Below, in pieces: positions 26,528 through 38,730 of a DNA stretch of 64,000 nucleotides. How positions within the stretch are numbered: the stretch's first letter is position 1; each line of letters begins with the position of its first letter. Source of the DNA: an uncultured bacterium (GTDB lineage: Bacteria; Actinomycetota; Actinomycetes; S36-B12). The stretch covers positions 196,102-260,101 of the forward strand of contig CAVPPK010000006.1 of the NCBI GenBank assembly GCA_963707385.1, written 5' to 3'. A program made the translations under genes and the position numbers. Under the pieces are notes generated by a model. The model saw nothing but the letters and a program-made list of their open reading frames with translations, was not told the origin of the DNA and did no database searches.

Positions 26528-26987
26528 AACGAAGCGGGATGACGCGGAAGACCGGGATCTCGCGGCCGGCGTTCTGCTCGTACTGCCGGTAGGCCGACCA
26601 GGTCGCGGCCAGCTGCTCGTAGAGCCGGTCGCGCTCCTCGCCCAGTCGCCTCCTCGAAGCGCACCGGGACCGACGTGCCCTCGATCTCCAGGGTGCCCTC
26701 GTCGTGGGCCCGCACGTTGAAGACCCAGCCGGGCATCGCGGCCTGTCCGGCGTTGGAGCCGGTGACCAGCCAGGGCTTCGCCGGGTCGCCGTCCTCGTGG
26801 ACGGCCAGCAGGGGGGTGCGCCGCCACTCGCCGGACTTGCGGCCCAGCGTCGTGATCCAGACCACCTGCTGCCCGCCGGGGAAGTGCCGGCCGAGCCGCC
26901 CGCCGCTGACCCGGTCGAGGACCTTGTGCAGCCGGGTCGTCGTGCGCAGGGTCGTCCCCAGAAGAGGTCGTACGCCCGTCCGCCCAC
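26526..26987 (-). pseudogene. Deazaflavin(F420)-dependent nitroreductase-family (DUF385/Ddn-like) protein; two breaks
   Basis: ...RLHKVLDRVSGGRLGRHFPGGQQVVWITTLGRKSGEWRRTPLLAV..WLVTGSNAGQAAMPGWVFNVRA..., then C-terminal ERDRLYEQLAATWSAYRQYEQNAGREIPVFRV. The start and end share one frame and the middle lies in another. Confidence 0.7.
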
Positions 26988-27065
26988 GGAGGGGACGCTA
27001 CCCGCCGCGATAGGGTTGGGGGCACTTCCCCAGGTGCCTGACCACCATCGATCCCAGGAGCGCCC

Positions 27066-27312
27066 GTGGCCCGCGTCGTCGTCGACGTCATGCTCAAGCC
27101 GGAGATCCTCGACCCGCAGGGACAGGCCGTCCAGGGGGCCCTCGGCCGCCTCGGCCTCGGCGGCGTCACCGACGTCCGTCAGGGCAAGCAGTTCGCATCG
27201 AGATCGACGGTGATCTCGAGGGCGACCGGCTCGCGCTCATGCACAAGCTCGCCGAGGAGCTGCTGAGCAACCCGGTCATCGAGGACTACGACGATGCGGG
27301 TCGAGCAGCTGA
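27066..27312 (+). pseudogene. purS: FGAM synthase subunit PurS; one break near 27195; the boundary with purQ is unresolved
   Basis: [30 protein letters not shown]...DVRQGKQF|IEIDGD...[14 protein letters not shown]. As sequenced there is no in-frame stop before purQ. Confidence 0.75.
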
Positions 27313-27987
27313 GCCTGCGCGGATCGGCGTCGTCACCTTCCCCGGCTCGCTCGACGACCGCGACGCCGCCCGCGCCGTGCGCATCGCCGGCGCCGAGTCC
27401 GTCGCGCTCTGGCACGGCGACGACGACCTCAAGAGCGTCGACGCCGTCGTCCTGCCCGGCGGCTTCTCCTACGGCGACTACCTGCGCTGCGGCGCGATCG
27501 CCCGCTTCGCGCCGGTGATGGACACGCTCGTCGACGCGGCCAAGGGCGGGCTGCCGGTGCTCGGCATCTGCAACGGCTTCCAGATCCTGTGCGAGTCGCA
27601 CCTGCTGCCCGGTGCCCTGACCCGCAACGACAGCCTGCACTTCATCTGCCGCGACCAGCGCCTGCGCATCGAGGACACGCACGTCGACCTGGACCTCCGA
27701 CTACGAGGCGGGCCAGGAGATCGTCATCCCGCTGAAGAACGGCGAGGGCGGCTACGTCGCCGACGAGCGCACGCTCGACAAGCTCGAGGGCGAGGGCCGC
27801 GTCGTCGCCCGCTACCTCGAGCGTCAACCCCAACGGCGCCGCCGCGACATCGCCGGCATCCCCAACGAGCGCGGCAACGTCGTCGGCCTGATGCCGCACC
27901 CCGAGCACGCCGTCGAGGACCTCACCGGCCCGGGCACCGACGGGCTCGCGCTTCTTCACCTCCGTCCTCAACGTCGCTGGTGGACGC

Positions 27988-27997
<10 letters not shown>
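27313..27997 (+). pseudogene. purQ: FGAM synthase glutamine-amidotransferase subunit PurQ; about three breaks; start unresolved
   Basis: [36 protein letters not shown] (catalytic Cys), [11 protein letters not shown] (His). The stop at 27995-27997 overlaps the purL start region. Confidence 0.88.
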
Positions 27998-30298
<2,301 letters not shown>

Positions 30299-30303
30299 CG
30301 GCC

Positions 30304-30616
30304 GTGTCGGTCCCGCCCCCGGATCCTCAGGTGCGCGCCCGGGTCAAGGCGACGCTGGCCCGGTTCCAGGAGGCTGCCCCCGGCCGGTGCCGTCGAGATC
30401 CGCATCCCGCCGTACGCGGCCGTGCAGGCGGTTCCGGGGCACACCCATCGGCGAGGCACGCCGGCAGCGGTCGTGGAGACCGACGCGCAGACGTGGCTCG
30501 AGCTCTGCGATGGGCAGCTGTCGTGGGCGGCTGCGCTGGCCGGCGGCCGGGTTCGCGCCAGCGGGGAGCGGTCGGATCTGGGGGCCTGGTTGCCCCTGAG
30601 GGACGAGGGTGAGTAA
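30304..30616 (+). pseudogene. SCP2/sterol-carrier-like small protein conserved downstream of purL; one +1 break near 30385
   Basis: ...[18 protein letters not shown] | [14 protein letters not shown]...[38 protein letters not shown]. The family assignment is from memory of actinobacterial annotations. Confidence 0.5.
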
Positions 30617-30632
30617 GGTAAGCCTTACCTCA
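30614..30632. promoter_or_regulatory. Candidate DtxR/IdeR-type iron box upstream of the Fe3+ ABC transporter operon
   Basis: TAAGGTAAGCCTTACCTCA matches the DtxR consensus TTAGGTTAGCCTAACCTAA at 15/19 positions. Two of the four mismatches are dyad-symmetric. The perfect inner palindrome is AGGTAAG-C-CTTACCT. It lies 22 nt upstream of ATG 30654. Confidence 0.55.
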
Positions 30633-30653
30633 TCAACTCAAGGAGACCTTCGC

Positions 30654-31692
30654 ATGTCCTTCCCCACCCGTCGCGCGGCCCGGGCCGCCCTCGGCGCGGC
30701 GATCGCCGCCATCACCCTGACCGTTGCCGGCTGCTCGTCGAGCGCCTCCGTCTCGCCCGAGGACGGCGTCGTCGTCTACTCCGGCCGCAGCGAGGAGCTG
30801 GTGGCGCCACTGTTCGCCCAGTTCACCGAGGAGACCGGGATCCCGGTCGAGGCCCGGTTCGGCGACAGCGCCGAGCTCGCCGCGCAGCTTCTCGAGGAGG
30901 GTGACGCCACCCCCGCTGCAGGTCTTCTTCTCGCAGGACGCCGGCGCCCTCGGTGCGGTCGCCGCCGAGGGCCTGCTCGCCCCGCTGCCGGAGGGCGTCG
31001 TGACCGACGTGCCCCCGGCCTATGTCGCCACCGACGGCACCTGGACCGGCGTGAGCGGCCGCGCGCGCGTCATCGTGTACGACGCCGAGCAGGTGCCTGC
31101 CGACCAGGTCCCTCAGTCGGTCCTCGACCTCACGGACCCGGCCTGGAAGGGCCAGGTCGCCATCGCCCCGACGAACGCCTCGTTCCAGTCCTTCGTGACA
31201 GCGATGCGGCAGACGGAGGGTGACGACGCGACGAAGGCGTGGCTCGAGGCGATGGTCGCCAACGACGTCCAGACCTACGAGAAGAACGGCCTCATCGTCG
31301 ACGCCGTCGATGCGGGCCAGGCCAAGCTCGGCCTGGTCAACCACTACTACTGGTACGAGAAGGCCGCCGAGGTCGGCGCCGATGCCATGCGAGCACAGAA
31401 CGCCTTCACCGCCGATGGCGACCCGGGCTCCCTGGTCAACGTCGCCGGCGTCGGCATCACGGAGCCGGCCGCCGGGAACCCCAACGCCGCCGAGTTCGTC
31501 GCCTGGCTGCTGACCCCGGAGACCCAGAAGTGGTTCGCGGAGAACACCTTCGAATACCCGCTGATCGACGGCGTCGCGGTCGCCGACGGCCTGCCCGAGC
31601 TCGGCTCGCTTGCGGGTCCCGACGTCGCCCTCGCCGACCTCGCCGACCTCCCCGGGACCCTCGAGATGCTGACGGAGGTCGGCCTCTTGTGA
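30654..31692 (+). pseudogene. Fe3+ (FbpA/AfuA-type) ABC transporter substrate-binding lipoprotein; one +1 break near 30905
   Basis: Lipobox [18 protein letters not shown], then [12 protein letters not shown], and [21 protein letters not shown] sits upstream of ATG 30654. Confidence 0.8.
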
Positions 31693-33272
31693 CCTCGCTC
31701 GGCGCCTACCGGCCGCCGCGCGCCCTTCTCGGGGCCGCGGCGGTCTCGGCGTTGCTGGCACTCGTCCCGCTGCTCTATCTCGTCGTGCGAGTGCTGGGTG
31801 CTGGACCCGGGAAGGTGCTCGACGTCCTGCTTCGTCCGCGCACCTGGGAGACGGTGGCCACCAGCCTCGCGCTCATGTCCGTGGTCGTCGCGGCATGTCT
31901 GGCTGTCGGCCTGCCGGTGGCCTGGCTGCTCGCCCGCTCGCGGATCCGGTTCCGAGGCGTCTGGCTGGTGCTGGTCTCCCTGCCGCTCGCGATCCCGTCC
32001 TACGTCGCCGCCTACGCCTGGCTCGCGCAGTTCCCCGCCATGAGCGGCTTCTGGGCGGCAGCGCTGGTGCTCACCCTGGTGTCGGCGCCCTACGTGATCA
32101 TCCCCGTGGTGGCGGCCCTGCGGACAGCGGACCCGGCGATGGAGGAGGTCGCCCGCAGCCTCGGTCGCAGTCCTCGTCGCGCCTTCGCCGAGGCCACGCT
32201 GCCGCAGGTGTGGCCCGCGGCCGCAGCGGGCAGCCTGCTCGTCGCCCTGTACGTGCTCTCAGACTTCGGCGCCGTGGCCCTCTTCCGCGTCGACGCCTTC
32301 ACCCGCGTGATCTACGCGTCGTACCGCGCCAGCTTCGACCGCACCAGCGCAGCCGTCCTTGCCCTCGTGCTCGTGGCGCTCGCGGCGCTGCTGGTGATCG
32401 TCGAACGTCGGGTGCGTGGTCGCTCCCGCAGGTACCGGACCTCCAGCGGCGCAGCACGGGAGGCGGCCGACGTCACCCTGCCCGCCTGGTGGCACGCGCT
32501 CGGTGTCGGTCTCCTCTTCGGCTACGTCGGCCTGGCGATCGTGGTGCCGGTGGTCTCCCTGCTGATCCGGCTGTCCGAGGGGTCGCGGAGGCCGTTGGAC
32601 GTCGTCGAGCTGATCAATGCGACCGTGACATCGGCGGGTGTCTCGCTGATGGGCGCGGTTCTGGCCGTGCTGCTCGCCCTGCCTGTGGCAGTCCTCGCTG
32701 CGCGCTACCGCGGCAAGCGGATCGCGCTCGTCGAGACCGCCGCGTACTCGGGGCATGCGCTACCGGGCGTCGTCGTCGGACTGTCGCTGGTGTTCCTCAC
32801 CCTCTCCCTCCTGCCGGCCGCCTACCAGACGGTGGGCACCCTCGCCTTCGCGTACGCGGTGCTGTTCCTGCCCAAGTCCATCGGCGCCACCCGGTCGGCC
32901 GTGGCGGCCGTGCCGCCGGTGCTCGAGCAGACCGCACGCACGTTGGGCAGGTCGCCGTTCGGCGCGTGGCGGTCGACGACGCTCGCCGTCGCCTGGCCGG
33001 GCGTCGCGGCCGGCGGGCTGCTCGTGCTGCTCACCGCGATGAAGGAGCTGCCCGCGACCCTCATGCTCCGGCCGACCGGTCTCGACACCCTGGCGACCGA
33101 GCTGTGGAGCCGCACCGAGGTCGCGGCATACGGCGCCGCCGCTCCGTATGCGCTGGCGCTCATCGCCCTCGCAGCCGTTCCTGCGTGGCTGATGTCAATG
33201 GCCATGATGCGGCGGGCGAGGCCCGGATCGGTGGACGATGCCGAGTCGCCGGTGGATACGGTCGCGTCATGA
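31689..33272 (+). CDS. Fe3+ ABC transporter permease (double MetI/BPD-type domain)
   Basis: Intact 527-aa reading frame from GTG 31689 (GTGA overlap with the upstream stop). It has two repeated permease halves, each with an EAA-like loop (EEVARSLGRSPRRAFAEATLP and EQTARTLGRSPFGAWRSTTL). Confidence 0.85.
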   Translation: MTSLGAYRPPRALLGAAAVSALLALVPLLYLVVRVLGAGPGKVLDVLLRPRTWETVATSLALMSVVVAACLAVGLPVAWLLARSRIRFRGVWLVLVSLPLAIPSYVAAYAWLAQFPAMSGFWAAALVLTLVSAPYVIIPVVAALRTADPAMEEVARSLGRSPRRAFAEATLPQVWPAAAAGSLLVALYVLSDFGAVALFRVDAFTRVIYASYRASFDRTSAAVLALVLVALAALLVIVERRVRGRSRRYRTSSGAAREAADVTLPAWWHALGVGLLFGYVGLAIVVPVVSLLIRLSEGSRRPLDVVELINATVTSAGVSLMGAVLAVLLALPVAVLAARYRGKRIALVETAAYSGHALPGVVVGLSLVFLTLSLLPAAYQTVGTLAFAYAVLFLPKSIGATRSAVAAVPPVLEQTARTLGRSPFGAWRSTTLAVAWPGVAAGGLLVLLTAMKELPATLMLRPTGLDTLATELWSRTEVAAYGAAAPYALALIALAAVPAWLMSMAMMRRARPGSVDDAESPVDTVAS

Positions 33273-34315
33273 CGGGCGTGACCATGGCGGGGGTGACGGC
33301 GGGCTACGGCGCCACGCCGGTGCTCGCGGACCTGACGCTCGCCGTCTCTTCGGGGGAGGTCGTCGCTGTGCTCGGCGCGAGCGGCTCGGGCAAGACCACG
33401 CTGCTGCGGGTGCTCGCCGGCTTCCTGCGACCGTCGTCCGGCGACGTGCTCTTCGGCGACCGCGTCGTGTCGGGGCCGTCCGTCTGGGTGCCACCGGAGC
33501 GGCGCCGGGTCGGGATCGTGCCTCAGGAGGGCGCGCTGTTCCCCCACCTCGACATCGCGGGGAACGTGGCCTTCGGCCTGCCGCGCAACAGCGACGCGCG
33601 CGTCGTGGAGATGCTCGCCCTCGTCGGCATGTCGGGTCTGGGCGCGCGCCGCGTGCAGGAGCTGTCGGGCGGGCAGCAGCAGCGGGTGGCCCTCGCCCGC
33701 GCCCTCGCCCCCGAACCCGACGTGCTGCTGCTCGACGAGCCGTTCTCGGCGCTCGACGCGTCGCTGCGGGTGCGTCTGCGCGGCGAGGTGCGCGAGGTGC
33801 TGGCGGCGACCGGCACGACCACGGTGCTCGTCACGCACGACCAGGAGGAGGCGCTGTCCTTCGCCGACCGGGTGGCCGTGGTGCGCGATGGCCACGTCGT
33901 GCAGGTGGCCAGTCCCGACGACCTCTACGAGCGCCCAGCCGACCTCGAGACCGCCCGGTTCGTCGGCGACGTGGTCGAGCTCGACGCGAGCGTCACCGCC
34001 GACAGCATCGTGACGTGCGCGCTCGGCGAGGTGCATGTGCCGGGCGCCGGCACTGCCGGCACGAAGGGCGTCATCGTGCTGCGACCGGAGCAGCTGGCCG
34101 TCGTCGACGAGCGGAGGGTCGGGGACGCTGTCGCGCTCGGAGCCCCGGGCACCGTCCGCTCCTGCTCGTACCACGGTCACGACAGCCTGCTGCTGGTCGA
34201 GTTGGCCGAGGGCAATCAGGTCCCCGTGCGGGTACCCGGAGGGCGCGGTGCGCGCCCGGGCGACCGCGTACGGGTCGTCGTCGGCGGGACCGGCCTGCTG
34301 TTTACACGTCCGTAA
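33269..34315 (+). CDS. ABC transporter ATP-binding protein (FbpC-like)
   Basis: Intact. Walker A GASGSGKTT, Q-loop VPQEGALFPH, signature [15 protein letters not shown], Walker B LLLDEP, H-loop VTHDQ. ATGA overlap with the permease. Confidence 0.9.
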   Translation: MTGVTMAGVTAGYGATPVLADLTLAVSSGEVVAVLGASGSGKTTLLRVLAGFLRPSSGDVLFGDRVVSGPSVWVPPERRRVGIVPQEGALFPHLDIAGNVAFGLPRNSDARVVEMLALVGMSGLGARRVQELSGGQQQRVALARALAPEPDVLLLDEPFSALDASLRVRLRGEVREVLAATGTTTVLVTHDQEEALSFADRVAVVRDGHVVQVASPDDLYERPADLETARFVGDVVELDASVTADSIVTCALGEVHVPGAGTAGTKGVIVLRPEQLAVVDERRVGDAVALGAPGTVRSCSYHGHDSLLLVELAEGNQVPVRVPGGRGARPGDRVRVVVGGTGLLFTRP

Positions 34316-34462
34316 CCGCGGAAAACGACGGTATTCATACGAATCGGTAACGATTTCCCTCGTCCAAGGGGAGGTCCTGTCATGAAACCGCTGAGAGTCG
34401 GTAGTGTGCGGCGACCGTCTTCAGTGAGACGGGCATCGCGCGTTCAGGGAGCCTGGTAGTCC

Positions 34463-35494
34463 ATGGTCGAGTCCTCGGTCGCTATCCGCGTGCGCGGGCT
34501 GACCCGCAGCTTCGGTGACGTCGTCGCCGTCAACGGGGTCGACCTCGACGTCATCGATGGCGAGTTCCTCACCCTCCTCGGGCCATCCGGCTCGGGCAAG
34601 ACGACGGTGCTGCGCATGATCGCCGGGTTCGAGCGTCCGGATGCCGGAACCATCGAGCTCGCCGGCGTCGACGTCACCCGCACTCCTCCGTACGCCCGAG
34701 ACATCAACACCGTCTTCCAGGACTATGCGCTCTTCCCGCACATGACCGTGCAGAAGAACGTCGAGTACGGGCTCAAGGTCAAGAAGGTGCCCTCCGCGGA
34801 GAGAGTGCAGCGGGCCAAGGAGGCGCTCGAGTCCGTACGGCTGGGCGGCTACGGCGATCGGGCCCCCTCGCAGCTGTCCGGTGGTCAGCGACAGCGGGTG
34901 GCGCTCGCCCGCGCGCTCGTCAACCGCCCGAAGGTGCTGCTCCTCGACGAGCCCCTCGGTGCGCTCGACCTCAAGCTGCGCGAGCAGATGCAGGTCGAGC
35001 TCAAGGAGATCCAGCGCGACGTCGGCATCACCTTCGTCTTCGTGACGCACGACCAGGACGAGGCTCTGACGATGTCCGACCGCATCGCGGTGTTCAACGA
35101 GGGCAACATCGCCCAGCTCGGCACGCCCACGGAGGTGTACGAGCACCCTGCCACCGCGTTCGTCGCCGGGTTCGTGGGCACGTCGAACCTGCTCGAGACC
35201 GCGGCTGCCGAGGCCGTGCTCGGACGCCCGGGCACGTGGTCGGTGCGGCCCGAGAAGATCCGGGTCCTCGCCGCCGATGCGCAGGCGGGCGACGGCCAGC
35301 ATGCGGTGCGCGGCACTGTGCGCGAGGTCGTGTATGTCGGCATGTCGACGCGGTTCGTTGTCGACCTCGAGGTCGGCGGCTCGCTCATGGCGGTCATGCA
35401 GAACTCGGACATGGCTGCGGATCTCTCGCACATGCGCGGTCAGCCCGTGCTGCTCGTCTGGGACACGCGGCACGAGTACCAGGTCGCCAACTAG
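34463..35494 (+). CDS. Spermidine/putrescine-type ABC transporter ATP-binding protein (PotA-like)
   Basis: Intact 343-aa [46 protein letters not shown]. The C-terminal TOBE-like domain is typical of PotA. Confidence 0.9.
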   Translation: MVESSVAIRVRGLTRSFGDVVAVNGVDLDVIDGEFLTLLGPSGSGKTTVLRMIAGFERPDAGTIELAGVDVTRTPPYARDINTVFQDYALFPHMTVQKNVEYGLKVKKVPSAERVQRAKEALESVRLGGYGDRAPSQLSGGQRQRVALARALVNRPKVLLLDEPLGALDLKLREQMQVELKEIQRDVGITFVFVTHDQDEALTMSDRIAVFNEGNIAQLGTPTEVYEHPATAFVAGFVGTSNLLETAAAEAVLGRPGTWSVRPEKIRVLAADAQAGDGQHAVRGTVREVVYVGMSTRFVVDLEVGGSLMAVMQNSDMAADLSHMRGQPVLLVWDTRHEYQVAN

Positions 35495-35550
35495 GTCTTC
35501 TCACCACCAGCCGCGGGCGTCCGCTCGCGGTTACGCAACAGAACAGGAGG

Positions 35551-36787
35551 ATGCTGGTGCACACCACGCGTCTGCTCAAGATCGCTGCGGTCAGTTCCGC
35601 TGCAGCACTCATGCTCGCCGCATGCGGTGGGTCTGACACGGCCAGTTCCAGCGCTCCCGCCGAGGGCTCGGCCGCTGCATCCGAGGCTGCGGCCGCGCCG
35701 GGTGGCGAAGCCTTCGCCGGTCCGGTCGGCGACGGCGAGGGTCAGGTCAACATCCTGGCGTGGCCCGGCTACGTCGAGGACGGGTCGACCGATCCGGCCG
35801 TCGACTGGGTCACCCCGTTCACCGAGGCGACGGGCTGCGTCGTCAACCTCAAGACGTTCGGCACGTCCGACGAGGCCGTGAAGCTCGTGCAGGGTGGCGG
35901 CTGGGACGTCGTCTCCGCATCGGGTGACGCGACCCTCCGCCTGATCTACGGCGACAGCGTCCAGCCGGTGAACACCGATCTGATCCCCAGCTACGCGGAC
36001 GTGTTCGAGGACCTGAAGATGCAGTCCCACAACAGCGTCAACGGCGTCGCCTACGGCGTGCCTCACGGTCGCGGAGCGAACCTGCTCATGTGGAACACCG
36101 ACAAGGTGACCGAGCCCCTCGACTCGTGGGCCGTGACGTTCGAGGCCGACTCGCCGTACGCGGGTGCGGTCACCGCGTACGACTCGCCGATCTTCATCGC
36201 TGACGCGGCCGTGTACCTGATGGCGACGCAGCCGGAGCTCGGCATCACCGATCCCTACGCGCTCGACCAGGCGCAGTTCGACGCGGCCATCGCGCTGCTC
36301 GAGCAGCAGAAGGCGATCGTCGGCGAGTACTGGAGCGACTACACCAAGGCGATCCAGGCCTTCAACTCCGGGACGACGGCCGTCGGCACGTCCTGGCAGG
36401 TCATCGTCAACCTCGCGCAGGCGGAGGGCGGCAAGGTCGAGGCCACCAAGGCCAAGGAAGGTGCGACCGGCTGGTCCGACACGTGGATGATCACGAAGGA
36501 CACCCCCAACATCAACTGCGCCTACAAGTGGCTCGACTGGATCGCCTCGCCCGAGACGAACGCCCAGGCGGCCGAGTGGTTCGGCGAGGCCCCCGCGAAC
36601 GCGAAGGCCTGCGAGTTCACCGCTGACGCGGACCACTGCGACGACGTTCCACGCCGGCGACACCGCCTACTGGGAGGACGTCTACTACTGGAACACCCCG
36701 ACCAGCCAGTGCCTGGACGGCCGCACCGACACCCAGTGCGTCCCGTACTCGGAGTGGGCCACGGCATGGAGCGCTCTGCGTTCCTAG
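35551..36787 (+). pseudogene. Polyamine-type (PotD/PotF-like) ABC substrate-binding lipoprotein; one break near 36645
   Basis: Lipobox LMLAAC. VNILAWPGYVEDG, and the Trp-rich binding-protein fold (GWSDTWMI). The start may be GTG 35557, which has better spacing from AGGAGG. Confidence 0.8.
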
Positions 36788-36828
36788 TAGTCCCTGCACG
36801 CAGTTTCCACACATGAAGGACTGACCAA

Positions 36829-37698
36829 GTGACGACCACGACCGCCACGCCTCGGGGCTTCGGCTACCGGCATCCGCGCATGCGGCTTGCCGGCCTGCTG
36901 TCCGCCCCGATGGCGTGGCTGGTCGTGGTCTACCTGGGCTCGCTCTTCGCGCTCTTCATCACGGCCTTCTGGACCGTCGACGACTTCACCGGCCAGCTGG
37001 TCAAGACGTTCACTCTGAGCAACTTCCAGCAGGTGCTGACGAACACGGCCTACCTCTCGTCGATTGTCCGGACCATCAGCATCGCGCTGCTCGTCACGCT
37101 GTTCTGCCTGATCCTCGCCCTGCCGCTCGCCTTCTTCATGGCGCGGGTGGCGAACCCGAAGTGGCGGCCCCTGCTCGTCGCCCTCGTCCTCACCCCCCTG
37201 TGGGCGTCGTACCTCGTCAAGGTCTACGCATGGCGGGCGATGCTCCAGCCCGAGACCGGGGTGCTGGCGTGGTTCCTTGATCCACTGGGCCTGAGCAGCC
37301 CCGGCTACGGCTACCTCGGGATCGTGGTGACGCTCACCTACCTGTGGCTGCCGTACATGATCCTGCCGATCTACGCCGGCCTCACGCGGCTGCCCGACTC
37401 GATGCTCGACGCGTCGTCCGACCTCGGCGCCAAGGGCGGACGCACCTTCCGGAGCGTCGTCATGCCGATCATCTTCCCGTCGATCGTGGCCGGCTCGATC
37501 TTCACCTTCTCGCTGAGCCTCGGCGACTACATCACCGCGCAGATCGTCGGCGGCAAGGTGACCATGCTCGGCAACATCGTCCAGACCACCTACGTCACCA
37601 ACCTCCCCTTCGCCGCGGCCGTGGCCACCATCCCCGTGGTGATCGTGCTGCTCTACCTCGCTGCCGTCCGCCGCTCGGGCGCGCTGGACAACCTGTAG
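36829..37698 (+). CDS. ABC transporter permease (PotB-like)
   Basis: Intact 289-aa ORF with six hydrophobic segments and the EAA loop DASSDLGAKGGRTFRSVVMP. Confidence 0.85.
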   Translation: MTTTTATPRGFGYRHPRMRLAGLLSAPMAWLVVVYLGSLFALFITAFWTVDDFTGQLVKTFTLSNFQQVLTNTAYLSSIVRTISIALLVTLFCLILALPLAFFMARVANPKWRPLLVALVLTPLWASYLVKVYAWRAMLQPETGVLAWFLDPLGLSSPGYGYLGIVVTLTYLWLPYMILPIYAGLTRLPDSMLDASSDLGAKGGRTFRSVVMPIIFPSIVAGSIFTFSLSLGDYITAQIVGGKVTMLGNIVQTTYVTNLPFAAAVATIPVVIVLLYLAAVRRSGALDNL

Positions 37699-37704
37699 GC
37701 GACC

Positions 37705-38512
37705 ATGACTCTCTCCCGCGGAACCAGGATCGTCCTGACGGTGTTCGCCGTCGTCGCGTTCGGCTTCATCTACGTGCCGCTCGCGCGTCATCCTCATCAA
37801 CTCGTTCAGCACGGACAAGAGCCTGACGTGGCCGCCGTCCGGATTCACCACGGAGTGGTGGGGCAAGGCGGCCGAGAACGAGGGGGTCCGCGAGGCTCTG
37901 CTCACGTCCATCTGGGTGGCCAGCATCGCGACGCTCGTCGCGCTCGTCCTCGGCACCCTGCTCGCCTTCGCCCTCGGGCGGTACCAGTTCTTCGGTCGGG
38001 AGTCGCTCTCGCTGCTCGTGATCCTCCCGATCGCCCTCCCGGGCATCGTGACCGGCATCGCGCTGAACAACGTCTTCACGTCGTTCCTCGGCGGCCTGAC
38101 GATCTACACGCTGATCATCGGCCACGCGACCTTCTGCATCGTCGTCGTCTACAACAACTCCATCGCCCGGATCCGCCGCATGGGCGGCAGCGTCGAGGAG
38201 GCGTCGGCCGACCTGGGCGCGAACGGCTGGCGGACGTTCGTGTTCGTCACGTTCCCGCTGATGCGGTCCGCCCTCATCGCGGGAGCGATCCTGGCGTTCG
38301 GCCTGTCCTTCGACGAGATCATCGTGACCACGTTCACCGCAGGCCCTGGTGTCACGACCCTGCCGATCTGGATCTACCAGAACCTGTTCCGCCCGAACCA
38401 GGCGCCCATCGTCAACGTGGTGGCGGCGGCGCTCGTGCTCGTCAGCATCCTGCCGATCTACATCGCCCAGCGGTTCTCCAACGCCGACGAGCGCGGCGGC
38501 GGCCTGATCTAG
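37705..38512 (+). pseudogene. ABC transporter permease (PotC-like); one +1 break near 37785
   Basis: MTLSRGTRIVLTVFAVVAFGFIYVPLA | ..ILINSFSTDKSLTWPPSGFT.., then the EAA loop EEASADLGANGWRTFVFVTFP. Stop TAG 38510-38512. Confidence 0.85.
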
Positions 38513-38650
38513 CTGGGTCAGGTCGGCATTCCCGCCCCGATCCCGGGTGACTTCTGCAGACTTCACCCAGCATCTGGGTCAACTCTGCAAAGTGGACCCA
38601 GCATCGGGGCTGTTCTGGGGAGGTGACCCAGCGCCGGGACGTCGCGGCGC
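38513..38650. repeat. Second cluster of the CCCAGCATCTGGG palindromic repeat family
   Basis: CCCAGCATCTGGGTCAA at 38566-38582 is identical to 4706-4722. CCCAG cores sit at 38566, 38597 and 38627 (spacing 31 and 30 nt). CTGGGTCAGGTCGGC at 38513 resembles CTGGGTCAGTTCTGC at 4684. Confidence 0.75.
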
Positions 38651-38730
38651 GCCGAGAGGGGCTGCACGACCGCGCCCGGTCGAGCGGGTAGCGTCGGCGA
38701 CTCCACCACCCCCACTCAGGTTCGGAGTCC

